DNA of 63,879 bases, counting the filler, from Octopus bimaculoides (Eukaryota): assembly GCF_001194135.2 (NCBI RefSeq). It is 9 parts of 7 records of this genome, joined end to end, with 100 filler letters (N's around TTAATTAATTAA, not from the genome) between each part and the next. Parts side by side here need not be neighbours in the genome. Positions count along the whole stretch, not along the records: positions 17,614 to 26,016 come from NC_069005.1; positions 26,117 to 42,598 come from NC_069006.1; 7 more parts are not named here. One strand, given 5' to 3'. This document shows positions 24,240 through 35,340 of this stretch, one piece after another (within the stretch, counting starts at the first letter, position 1; each line of letters opens with the position of its first letter). The position numbers were made by a program, and so were the translations under genes. The notes beneath the pieces were generated by a model. The model was not told the origin of the DNA. It saw nothing but the letters and a program-made list of their open reading frames with translations, and made no database searches.

Positions 24240-24655
24240 TCCCTTACAGTTTCTCTGAAGGTTAGCTCCCAGCATGAGGTTGGTACCCTCTCTTCCCTGG
24301 AAGAGACCCCAGTTTTTCTGAGGATTAACTCCCAGCACTAGGATAGTACTCCCTCTCCCTTTTAAATGAAACTCCAGTTCCTCTGAGAGTTAACTCTCGT
24401 ATGAGGTTGGTACTCCCTCTCCCCTGATCGGAACTGTAGTTCCTCTGAGAATTAACTCCAAGAATGTGGCTGGGACACCTTCTCCCCTGAACAGGATGTC
24501 AGTCTCAAATAAGATTAATTTCCAGATTAAGCTGATATTCCTTCCCACCAGAAACAGAATACCAGTCCCTCATAGGGTTAATCCCCAGCACTAGGCTGCT
24601 ACTCTTCCTCTCCCCTATAAATGGGACTCCAGTCCCTCACAGGGTTAACCTATGC
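24240..24655. repeat. Degenerate ~63-bp minisatellite, ~7 units
   Basis: gRttaactcc anchor at about 24260, 24323, 24388, 24450, 24513, 24576 and 24642. Confidence 0.8.
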
Positions 24656-24883
24656 TGTTACTGGTATGTATTTTCAGCTGATTGGACAAGGGCAATGTGA
24701 AATGAAACATTTTGCTAAAAGACATAACACAGCCGGCCTTGACAACCATACCTTTAAGATCGTGAGTCCAACATTATAACCACTAAGCCATGGATCATTG
24801 CTTCCTTAAAAACAAACCATGACGAAAATAATTTTTAAATGTTTGGAAAATGTTAATCAAAGAAACAAACAGGTGTGGCTCAC

Positions 24884-24980
24884 CTTTGTAATGACACCGA
24901 CATGGATCGTGTTTGTCCAAATAATTTTCTAAAGTATCCCAACCACCACCGACACGCACCATCACATGGTTCCGTAATAT
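24884..24980 (-). CDS. GAS2L1: Internal coding exon, C-terminal half of a GAR (GAS2-related) microtubule-binding domain; GAS2-like/pigs family
   Basis: 97-nt exon, ttctttcag acceptor and G|GTGAG donor, encoding [41 protein letters not shown] and [10 protein letters not shown] are the GAR signature, closest to GAS2L1/L2 as I recall them. No other exon of the gene was found in the window. Confidence 0.93.
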
Positions 24981-25084
24981 CTGAAAGAAGAAAGACGATT
25001 TACATAACGGTGATGTCAAGAGCCAACCAACCAACATAATAATTATAGGGAACACAAACCACCCCCAGGGCTTGAAAACGATCA

Positions 25085-25222
25085 CATCTCATTCCTTTGG
25101 AACCTTTCTGTCCAAACTGACAGAAAAATAGATGCAAATAGGACAGACATTATATTGAAGGATTTCAGAAAAAAATCATGCCTCCTCGTCGATATGACTG
25201 TCCCAATCGACATAAATGTATC
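25085..25222 (+). mobile_element. Restriction-like endonuclease fragment of an R4/Dong-type non-LTR retrotransposon
   Basis: SFLWNLSVQTDRKIDANRTDIILKDFRKKSCLLVDMTVPIDINV resembles the LWD..IQTD..I.ANRPDI..D...IP RLE motif. Confidence 0.7.
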
Positions 25223-25482
25223 TTATTTACATTTGATGGATAATTGTCCTCGTCTTGTTTGTTGTTAACACAACGTTTCGGCTGATATATACCCTCCAGC
25301 CTTCATCAAGTGTCTTGGGGAAATTTCGAACCTGGGTTCTCATTCCGAAGGTATTTTTTGATGTTGTTATTATTATTATTATTATTACTATTATTATTTA
25401 GGTCACTGCCTGGAATCTGAGTTTGATTCCAGGCAGTGACCTGAATAATGATAATAATAACATTGAAAAATACCTTAGGAAT
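25223..25482 (-). mobile_element. Short (AAT)n- and hammerhead-containing element with a partial inverted copy (fold-back)
   Basis: Shares aggtatttt..atgtt-(ATT)n-ggtcactgcctggaatc and the gtgttaacaacaaacaag tail with 57519-57790. Perfect 18-bp hairpin at 25400-25442. Confidence 0.65.
25267..25314 (-). ncRNA. Minimal type I hammerhead-like motif, C3U in this copy
   Basis: Minus strand: GACAC-TTGATGA-A-GGCTG-gagggtatatat-CAGCC-GAA-ACGT-T-GTGTT. Stems I and II pair and helix III is the palindrome ACGT. Confidence 0.6.
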
Positions 25483-25634
25483 GATAAATCTGTGTAGATG
25501 ATAACACTTCCAATCAGTTAAGATCAGAAGCCATGAGAGCAGGAAAGCCACTGTCTGGCAATGCATTAGGGCATATAATTATAATAACAATAATAATAAT
25601 AATAATGCCTTGATGTATTACCAGGTAGTGGTTC

Positions 25635-25765
25635 TCAACCTCAGTGTTTTACTGGTACTTAATTCATCGAGCTCGAGAAGATGAGAGGCAAAGTTGACCT
25701 CATTGGAGTTTGCACTCAGGACATAGTAGCAGACAAAATACTGCTAAGCATTTCACCCAGCAGGC

Positions 25766-25796
<31 letters not shown>

Positions 25797-26011
25797 CCTT
25801 TCTACTATAGGCAAAAGGCTTGAAATTTGGGGGAGGGTGGATAGTCGATTACATCAACCCCAGTGCATAACTGGTACTTATTTTATCGACCCAGAAAGGA
25901 TCAAATGCAAAGCCAACCATGGCAGAATTTGAACTCAGAATGTAAAAACGGACGAAATTCCACTAAGCATTTTGCCTGGTGTGCTAACGGTTCTGCCAGC
26001 TCACTGCCTTA
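25635..26011 (-). mobile_element. Two head-to-tail SINE family B copies
   Basis: About 25635-25775 and 25795-26011. Further copies at 27985-28185, 30310-30520, 41565-41775 and 41812-42000 (all -). Confidence 0.85.
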
Positions 26012-26244
26012 ATAATNNNNNNNNNNNNNNNNNNNNNNNNNNNNNNNNNNNNNNNNNNNNTTAATTAATTAANNNNNNNNNNNNNNNNNNNNNNNNNNNN
26101 NNNNNNNNNNNNNNNNTCCACCCCCAACACCAATATCAACAAGACCACCACCACCACCACCACCACCACAACCACCACCACCACCACCACCACCACTATT
26201 ACTACTAACGATGCTGCCTGTGACCTGATCTGTCTGTCTTTCAG

Positions 26245-26257
26245 GTGCGCCCTTCAG
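26245..26257 (+). other. Candidate 13-nt microexon of an unidentified plus-strand gene
   Basis: TACTAAC branch point (26203-26209), TGC motifs, tctgtctgtctttcag acceptor, GTGCGCCCTTCAG, CAG|GTATGT donor. Confidence 0.4.
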
Positions 26258-26727
26258 GTATGTGTGTGTGTGTGTGTGTGTGCAGCTATGTTGTGCTGAG
26301 CTGCTTTGAATACTATTGACATTTTCTCTTCATGTCTCTTTCACCTTGAATTTTCTCATGAAAGTTTTTGAGGAAGAAGTGATGAGGGCAGAGCAGGTGA
26401 GTGGGTGTGTGTGTGTGTGTGTGCTGGGAGGTGCGGAGAAGGCTGAGGAATGTTTGATGATCCCAGTCAAGGCCAGTCCAGGCCGTTGTTTCCTACAACT
26501 GGACCAACACAAACACACAGCTATGGTGGTGGTGGTGGTGGTGGAGATGGACTTGGCTGTTAGTGAAGGTATTTGGAGTGTTGGATGTTGATGATGATAG
26601 TGGTGATTGTGATGGTGGTGTTGGTGATGTTGTTATTGGTGTTGTAGGGTGAGTGTTTTCAACTATAGCGTCAGGCTGACCAATGCTTGTGAATGGATTT
26701 GATAAATGGAAACTGAAAGAAGCTTAT

Positions 26728-27275
26728 CATATACAACTGGGTTGGTAAAAAGGTTTGTAGCGTTTTTTAAGTAAAATTCATTAACAGTATAGTTGTACAC
26801 ATTCAACCACATATTTTCCATTTTGTTCCATTACCTTTTGTCATATTTGTGGCAGCTTCATGATTCCGCCCTCCCAGAACTTAGTGTCTTTCTGGGTCAT
26901 GACCTGGTCCAAGTAGTTTTGTACACTCTTTTAAAGAACCGAAGCTCTTCCCATTAAGAGAAGTTTGCAGGGATTGAAATAAATGATAATCTGAAGGTGC
27001 AAGATCAAGTGAATATTGTGGGTGGGGTTGGTCATTTCTGCCTGGTTTGCAAAGAAACGTGTGATCTAGGTTTTGTCCTCATGTAAGACAACATCCTTTT
27101 GGTTGGCCAATTCTGAACATCATTCATCAATTGCCTCCTTTTATTGATCTAATTGGGAACAATAATAGTCTGAACTTCACATCTGATTTTGTGGAAGTAG
27201 CTCATAATACATGATGGTGTCTTTTGATGCCACTAGATACAGAGCATCACCTTCTTGTTTACAATCCTGTAACTT
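26728..27275 (-). mobile_element. Mariner transposase C-terminal remnant with TIR
   Basis: HPQYSLDLAPSDYHLFQSLQTSLNGKSF..GGIMKLP..QKVMEQNGKY (YSPDLAPSD motif); TIR-like end near 26730-26765. Confidence 0.85.
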
Positions 27276-28183
27276 AGCAGTTTGGCCGAAGGAAATGATA
27301 GAATAAGTGTCAGGTTTTAAGGAAAACGAAAGTACTGGAATTGATTTGTTTGACTAAAATCCTAAAGTCCTGTCTGTGTTTGTCTTTCTGTCTGTTTCTC
27401 CCACCAACACCATTTGACAACCGGTGTTCGTGTGTTGGTATTCTTGTAACTTAGTGGTTTGGCAAAGAGACCAACCTTAAAAAAAGAAGTACTGGGGTGG
27501 ATTCATTTGACTGAAACAAGTGAAAGATATATAGAACTGCTTAAAGGAATTAGCATTGTTTAAAACATGGGAAACTGAAGAAATTTTATGAAAAGAAAAA
27601 AAAAAGATTAAAAATCAAAGAGATTACACTGGGAGTGCTTATTCAGTAAAATAATATTTTTTTTCTTTTTTTTCTATGGCATTTTATTTAAAATTTCATG
27701 AATAATTGTATTTTATAAATAACAGGTTTAGCAAGAACTTAAAATTTTTTCCTCCTATTTATGAAATGAAGTCATATCAATTAACAGTTGGCTTCATTAC
27801 AGCTATTTAATATATAATATAAAAGTTTTTCCCATTTCTGCATTAGACAATAGGATTTTTGAGGGTTCAAGGAGACAGCTCATTCTACTTAACTGTAAAC
27901 TGATACCACCCATAGGATCAACATAGAAACAGGCACCACCCATGGGCGTATGTGAATGAGAAAAGCACTGTGTAATAATGGTTTCTAATTTTGGCACAAG
28001 GCCAACAATTTCAGGAGGGGGCATAAATCGGTTACATCAACCCCAGTGCTCAACTGCTACTTGATCTATCAACCCTGATATGATGAAAGCAAAGCTGACT
28101 TCAGTGGTATTTGAACCCAGAACCTAAGGACAGGCAAAATACCACTTTACACAGTGTGCTAACAACTCAACCACCTCACTGCC

Positions 28184-28218
<35 letters not shown>

Positions 28219-28239
28219 CAAACAAATAAATAAATATTA

Positions 28240-28640
28240 ATAATATGCCCTGATGCAGTACCAGGCAGTAGCTTTCATGGCTTCTCATCTTAACTGACTG
28301 GAGGTGTTACCGTGTACATTGTTTTGTCTTTGTATAAAAGATGGGCTAAAGCAAATATTCTGCTCAATATCACAGATTTGCTTGTCAGTTGTTTGACCTC
28401 AACCAGTTGAGCATGCCCCTTGGTGGCTGATGATATGTACATCTCTGATCACCAGCAGAAGCAGTAGGGGAGCATCATAGCCATGTGCTGAAGAATTCTT
28501 TGAGGTTTGAATAATTCACCTCTGGAAACATGGGTGTTTCATTCAACATCCTTAAACAACCCTTATTCGGGGACCTTTTGAGCGGGACGGGCTATTTGAC
28601 CTGAATAAAATTCTAACTGGGCCCCACCTGCATTGTGGAT
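28240..28640 (-). mobile_element. Interspersed repeat next to (AAT)n, unclassified
   Basis: Its end is the reverse complement of 25500-25580 (cagttaagatcagaagccatg..gcattagggcata). Confidence 0.6.
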
Positions 28641-29069
28641 CTTGCATGAGCTTTGTCAAGTGTGAGTAACTTCTTGTGGGTGAAAGATTGCCTGACCCTT
28701 GTACAGGAATAGAAAACTAGTGTTTTGTGCCATAGTTTCAGCTATGATATACCCAAGGGAATCAAGAAACTGGAAAAATCGGTGTAAATTCCAGAATAAT
28801 AAGGGTACACGAGGGTTTGTGTTTGCAGCAGTCACTCAACAAGTTAGCCCTTTCACTATAAAAGTCAGATATACTCAGCACAAAATTTTAATATTTTAAA
28901 TGACAGAAAGCAATTTTATATACTCGTCTGCCTGAAATGTCATATTTGAAATTATTTTTTTGTTATGTCAACTATATTGAGGCAATTTGACTTGCACAAT
29001 ATTTCAATTCTATTTTTAGTACATATAGAAATTCATTACTGGAATAACAATGAAATTTCATTTTGTGAT

Positions 29070-29875
29070 TGAAGGGTAAATAACTCCTTTCTCAAATCTG
29101 TCAAAGGGCAAACATTTCCTTTCACTGCTCAAAGGCTAACAAATTCACCTTTCTCTACTTTGTATTAAGGGACAGATAACTCTCTCTCTTAAAGGGTCAA
29201 ATAATTCTTTTCATTAATATCTGTTGAAGGGCAAATAACCCCTTTATGTAACTCTCTTATAGAAGGGTAAACAACTCCCTTGTTCTTTTCTATTCCCTGT
29301 TAAAGGGCAAACAACTTCCTCTTTATTCTCTACACTCTATTGAAGGGCAAACAACTTCCTCTTTATTCTCTACACTCTATTGAAGGGCAAACAACTTTCT
29401 TACTCACTTGTCCTTCTCTACTCCTTGTTAAAGGGCAAAGAACTCTCTCATATTGATTTTCTGCTTTAGGGCAAACAACTCCCTTATACCTCTCTGTTTC
29501 AGGGCAAATAACTCCTTTGTTTTCAGTTAAAAGCAAATACCTTAACCTTTCTCAGCTTTCTATTAAAGGACAAATAACTCTCTTTCTACTCCTTTTTAAA
29601 GGGCTAATAACTTCCCCCGACATTATTTTCTGTTTATGGCAAATATCTTTTTCTTTACTTCCTGTCACAGGGCAAACTATTCACTCATACTTCACTGTGT
29701 CTGTTAAAGGGCAAACAACTTTCTTTATCGTTTTTTACTTTCTAGTGAAGGGCAAACAAAACTCTTGTCTTATTTCTTGTTATTTGTCAAATTACTCCAT
29801 CTTTCTTGACTTCCTGTTTAAAGGTAAACAATTTACTCATCTGTCTCCATCTTTTATTGAAGACCAAAAATTTAA
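29070..29875. repeat. Degenerate minisatellite, ~23 units of ~30-48 bp with core AAGGGYAAAYAACT
   Basis: Core recurs at 29072, 29103, 29226, 29261, 29301, 29342, 29382, 29430, 29467, 29500, 29707, 29747 and elsewhere; one exact 40-bp duplication at 29303-29400. Confidence 0.85.
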
Positions 29876-30567
29876 CAAAAATGTTAGACCTTGCAACAAC
29901 TGGAACAGTTAAACATTCTAGGAAGTCCATCCTCCTCTTCCTCATCATCATCATTTAACTTCCATATTCAATGCTGGTTTTTGCTGGAGTAATTTGGCAG
30001 GACCCGGTAAGTCCAAGGAATGCGTCAAGCTTGAGTGTCTGTTCCTGTATAATTTCTGTGGAAGGATGTTCTTCTTGCACACACACACACACACACACAC
30101 ATGAATATAGACACAGCTTTTGAAATGAATAGTCGTTTAATGCTTCATTCAGAAGCACAACTCTGTGACAAGAATACAATTTTTAACGCATACTCATAAC
30201 TACTGAGCAATTATAAATCACCATATATTTAATTACCAGATGAACTTAATTTGCTAATTAATCAAAAAGTGTGACTGTTGTTCAGGCATACAACGCTCCG
30301 AACGGAGAGCAATCTACACCCATGTCAATTTGGTCGGTAGCACAAGCAGTGAAATTTTACAGCTATCGTGCCTCTAAAATTAGCAGAGAAGGGTTTATTT
30401 GATAATTAGCACAAAGAGGATTATTGCAGCTCATTTTCAACTCAGAATGTAGTGTCAGGCGAAATACCACTAAGCATTTCGCCTGGCATGCTAACGATTC
30501 TGCCAGCTCGCTGCCTTTTGGGGTCTCCTCAGCAGTGTCCACACCACTTCACCAATCCCCAAGTTAG

Positions 30568-30616
<49 letters not shown>

Positions 30617-30664
30617 TAAAAATAAAATAAAAAACATTTAGTGAATCATGAAAGTCTGTCTTAC

Positions 30665-30784
30665 CTCAGCTGGAGTGTTGATCACTCCAATGTTATACCC
30701 ATAGAGGAGGGAATTACCGAATACAGCCACAAACGTACAAAACGCAAGATAGGGGGTCAAACCTGATGACTTTTTCTCCATTTT
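30665..30784 (-). CDS. SLC2A: N-terminal (TM1) exon of a facilitated glucose/hexose transporter, SLC2A/GLUT family
   Basis: 120-nt exon, cttcttcag acceptor and GAG|GTAAGA donor, encoding KMEKKSSGLTPYLAFCTFVAVFGNSLLYGYNIGVINTPAE. The GYNxGVINxP motif is present, and the phase-0 intron after NxPxx matches the end of GLUT1 exon 2. Paralogue not assignable. Confidence 0.9.
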
Positions 30785-31339
30785 CTGAAGAAGAAGAAAA
30801 AAAAAACAAAAAGAAATAAACAATATATAAATTGGTAGACAGATGTGGCAGTGGAAAGGTCGTCTTTGAATGACAGAATTTTGGCAATCAATTTGTGCCT
30901 GTATTTACGTGTGTGTAAATAAACATACTTCTGGCAATAAGCGTGCTTGTGTGTGTATGTGTAAATAAACATACTTTCAACAATAGGCATGATTGTATGT
31001 ATGTATGTGTGTGTGTAAATAAACATTTGGAAATGAGCATACTTGTGTGTGTGTGTGTGACACAGACTATGCATATATATATATATCTATGTGGGTGTGT
31101 GTGTGTATACATAATGTGTGTATAAATAAACATACATTTTTCAATGTATGTATGCATGTGTTATAATATTTGTACAAGTGCATATCTCAATGCATACACA
31201 TCCACACACAAATATGTGTATGTGAAGTTATTTGTTAGTGTGTATGCATATGAGTGTGTATGTGCACATACATGTATAAATAAAAATACATTTGACAGTG
31301 TATATGTACATGTATGTGTGTGCACCTTTGAAGAAAAGA

Positions 31340-31825
31340 GAGAAATGACACCAATATGTATGTGGATGGACAAAACCCAGAATGTGAGAGACCTTCGGTT
31401 CACCCCTACCTTCTTAGTCCAAACTAAGATCAGCAAACATTGGTGGCAAGGTCAAGAGGACAGTCTCCAAAGCTAGCACTGCTTTCAGCAGCTTGTGGGA
31501 GAGAATGTATGGGAGCATAGGAGAATCAGTCTCACCACTAACTAATGGTCCCCCACATAAAAGAGTTGTGAGAACAACTCTCTTATATGGGTGTGAGTTA
31601 TGGACAGTCTTTAACCCTTTAGATTTCTGATTACTTTGTCGAATGTAATTGCTTATTTTTAGAATGACATTGTAGGATACCATCCCCAGACAATCTGTAG
31701 GTACTCTCCCAGGTGGTACATATTTACAGTTAGGTAGACTGTGTCAATCCAGCAGTACACCACCAAACAATTACCATAACCTTCTTTTTGAAGAACTCGC
31801 GTTTAAGGAAGGTTTCCAGTGCTTA
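31340..31825 (+). mobile_element. Decayed RTE/BovB-like LINE ORF2 C-terminal fragment
   Basis: ISKASTAFSSL ... VVRTTLLYGCELWT, resembling the RIAKAS.AF / TLLYGxExW motifs. Confidence 0.65.
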
Positions 31826-31829
31826 ATTT

Positions 31830-32310
31830 TGGTCCAACCACTGCTAAGATCGTTTCGTATTATTGTACACAATCCAATTTTCATCGCAAATTACAATACA
31901 GTCAAGAAATAGATTAGTCTGGTTATGGAGAAGAAGTGACAAGCAAATTTCATATCTGCACATTTTCTGAATTTCATTTACCTTGTGTGGTACCCATTTG
32001 TAGAATTTTTTTGATTTTCCGATCGCATGCAGTTTTCTGGCTAACTTGAAGTTCTTTTGCCAGTTCTCGAATGGTTTTACATGGATCTGTCTCAATGACG
32101 GTCTTTAATTCACCGTCATCGATGACAGATGGGTGTCCACTAAGGTCTCCACTGCGAAATTGTTTAAACTATTTTCAAGCTGACCACTCACTGGTCATTT
32201 CCTCACCAAACATTTCGTCTATATCGTGAGCAGTTTCAACTGCTTTATGTCCTTTTTTGAAGTTGAATAGCAAAATTGCTCGAATATGTTTTGACAGTTC
32301 CCTTTCAGAT
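31830..32310 (-). mobile_element. Mariner transposase N-terminal remnant
   Basis: HIRAILLFNFKKGHKAVETA..KWVPHKVNE..FLDCIVICDENWIVYNNTKRS (WVPHEL and first catalytic Asp, TCDEKW-like). Confidence 0.88.
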
Positions 32311-32689
32311 GATTGTGACAACAATGAAAAAAATATCAATGTTAATTTATTGATGCATTTGGGCAAGTCTATGTTTGTNNNNNNNNNNNNNNNNNNNNNN
32401 NNNNNNNNNNNNNNNNNNNNNNNNNNNNNNNNNNNNNNNNNNNNNNNNNNNNNNNNNNNNNNNNNNNNNNNNNNNNNNNNNNNNNNNNNNNNNNNNNNNN
32501 NNNNNNNNNNNNNNNNNNNNNNNNNNNNNNNNNNNNNNNNNNNNNNNNNNNNNNNNNNNNNNNNNNNNNNNNNNNNNNNNNNNNNNNNNNNNNNNNNNNN
32601 NNNNNNNNNNNNNNNNNNNNNNNNNNNNNNNNNNNNNNNNNNNNNNNNNNNNNNNNNNNNNNNNNNNNNNNNNNNNNNNNNNNNNNNNA

Positions 32690-32880
32690 TATATATGGGA
32701 GAATGTACGAAAAACAACAACAGACGAGGACAGGTGGTGTAAATAACAAAAGGATGTATTAGTATGACGCTCGGGAATACGGAAAGTCTTTAACGTTTCG
32801 AGCTACGCTCTTCAACAGAAAGAATACGGAGACAAGGAGAAAAACACGGAGAAAAAAAATTGAATAGTGTTCAGTCAACG
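32690..32880 (-). mobile_element. Short Penelope-like 3'-end repeat carrying a hammerhead-like motif
   Basis: Shares ctgtYgaagagcgtag(g)ctcgaaacgtYaaagactt..cccgagcgt with 36390-36505 and ends in (TA)n. Confidence 0.55.
32787..32823 (-). ncRNA. Minimal hammerhead-like motif with A6U core variant
   Basis: Minus strand: TCTTT-CTGTTGA-A-GAGC-gta-GCTC-GAA-ACGT-T-AAAGA. Confidence 0.5.
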
Positions 32881-33494
32881 GTCAATCATAATAATATATA
32901 TATATATTTATATAGGTAAATGTTTTTATTTTTCATTTTTCATTCCCTTTCGAAATTATACCTAATTGTGGTTTGGAGTTTGACTGCTCCTTCTAGCGGG
33001 TTAGATGTCTTATTATGGACATCTCTCTTATGCGTTTAACTGTACGCTGTATGTATTGTGAATAATATATAGTCTATTGACTAGATTTTTTTCTTCTCGC
33101 TAGACCACTGGTAGCAAATAGAGTTTCTAAATTTTTTGCTACCCTGAGATTTATTAATATATATATAAATCAACAATCGCACCCGCGACCTTCACCCAGC
33201 AACAGCGTCGTCATCATCATCATCATCATCATCATCAATACCAATGTTAACAGCGGTCACCATCACCACCACCACAACCTCCTCTCCCATTAACATCAGC
33301 AGCAACAACCCTATTGTCATGTTACTTGTCAACACCGAGTGAATGAAAGACAAACAGAAGAGCAAGGTCGCTGGTAATGTGTTGAGAGAAAGAAAAAGAG
33401 AAAGAACGAGAGAGAGAGAGAGAGAGATTATATGACAATGAGAGGGAGCAGTGCTCCCCTCCCGTTCAGGTAAATATTATAGTATCTCGCTCAC

Positions 33495-33618
33495 CTGTTT
33501 TTCTTTTGGTTTTTAATATATTAAGGTATACAGTCGCATATAAGTTATATAATGAGTTGAAAAAACTTCGATTAACTGAGATTATCCATTCAAACTCTCC
33601 CAAAGTATTTTTTAAAAT
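33495..33618 (-). other. Candidate non-coding (5' UTR) exon upstream of the SLC2A exon
   Basis: Long T-rich tract ending ttcttatag, CAG|GTGAGC donor; same strand and same scaffold segment as 30665-30784. Confidence 0.3.
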
Positions 33619-34158
33619 CTATAAGAAATAATAAACAAAAATAAGGGAGATAATAACTTCAGTGTTGTCAGCTAATTCCAAAGTTTTAGAATATAAAACG
33701 CGATGCAAGAGTTTTGGATGTTGACTAGAACCAGCCAGAGAAAGAAAGAAAGAGACAGACGGACAGACAGACAGATAGAGAATAAGAGACGGTTAGAGAG
33801 GGAATGAGAGGGGAGAAGGAAATAAACTGAAAGAGAGGAGAGAGAGGGAATTGTGTAGGCAGCAGTGAACATTTTTAATGGGTTACTCAAAGAACTAGAT
33901 TCTACCAAAAGTTTGGAACAACAGAAATCTAGACAAAGTACGCTGTTAAAAATGCCGTGCTGTTTTTATTTCATTTTCCAGGCAAATATTTCTCATATAT
34001 ATANNNNNNNNNNNNNNNNNNNNNNNNNNNNNNNNNNNNNNNNNNNNNNNNNNNNNNNNNNNNNNNNNNNNNNNNNNNNNNNNNNNNNNNNNNNNNNNNN
34101 NNNNNNNNNNNNNNNNNNNNNNNNNNNNNNNNNNNNNNNNNNNNNNNNNNNNNNNNNN

Positions 34159-34189
<31 letters not shown>

Positions 34190-35340
34190 TATAGAGAGAG
34201 AGAGAGAGAGAGAGATAGTTTATTATTAAGGCTGCAAAAACTCCACAAAAATATCACAAAAAAGCTGCTTCTCGGAGTTTCACATTCCCCCACAATTGCC
34301 CTACGAACAGGAACGTGAAACTCTGAGTAGCAGATTTTAGTGATGTTTTTGCAGTTTTAATGATAAAGCATAAAACTACTCTACCTTTGGCATTCGGGTA
34401 CTATGTATGTATGTACGTACATACATCTATACAAGTATGTATGTATAAAGGTTTTTTAATGTCAAGTTATAAAAGCAATTTTACATTAAGCAGAAAAATT
34501 ACCCAAAGCTTTTTGTAGAGTATATATTTATTAATCTTTAGGAAGTGCTGACAATGACTACGAAGTTTCGACCAGATTAACCTTAATTGGATATGTATTT
34601 ATGTCTGTGTATAATATATACACGTGTGTCTATCTATGCGTATGTATGTATGTAAGTATGTATAACGTGGTATAAAATTACTGGTTTAGATCAGCATTTT
34701 CTTCGTTAGCAACCAGTCTCTTATATGTGAAGACTGTAAGTCTACGAATTTTTCAATCTTTTCCGGCCATACTTCACTCTCTCTCTCTCTTTCTTCATAT
34801 ATATTTGTGTGCGTAAATGTACTAATTACTACCACAAGCAAACACTTCAGTACTTAGACAAGGAGAAACTGCACCCATAACTACACACACACACACACAC
34901 ACAAACATACACGCACACCTTTATATATGCATATTTTCTCCCCCACAAAAATGATCAGAACCCAAAGTGATTAGTAATGCTTTGTATCGGGGAAAATGTA
35001 TTTATTGGTAAAGTTCGAAGTTTGAAATTTGTATGTCTTAAGGAGAGGATTTTCCTACGCCATCATTATATGAAGAGAGGGGTAAAGTTTTTCTCTGCAT
35101 CGCAACCACGAATGTTTTGGCGACGAAGACGCGTAGCGTCTGCACATGCGTGGGTAAAGAAGCGAAAGAAAAGAATGGGAGGAGGATTTTGTATGAGGGG
35201 AGGAGTAAGAGAAAGAGAGAGAGAGTGAGAAAATTTGTAGGATGAAATGGATAATTGGATGAGAAACTTCTTTTTGGCCAAGTGCGCAATAGATCATCTT
35301 TCTTTATTTTTATCTACCGACCGATCGACCTACCTACCTA

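Noticed and set aside
29070-29875. CRISPR-like repeat-spacer appearance
   Set aside because: Eukaryotic context, degenerate non-palindromic repeats, mutually related spacers and no cas genes; it is a minisatellite.
29955-30179. Minus-strand ORF as SLC2A exon 3
   Set aside because: No GLUT motif, runs through a (GT)n tract, and no convincing splice sites.
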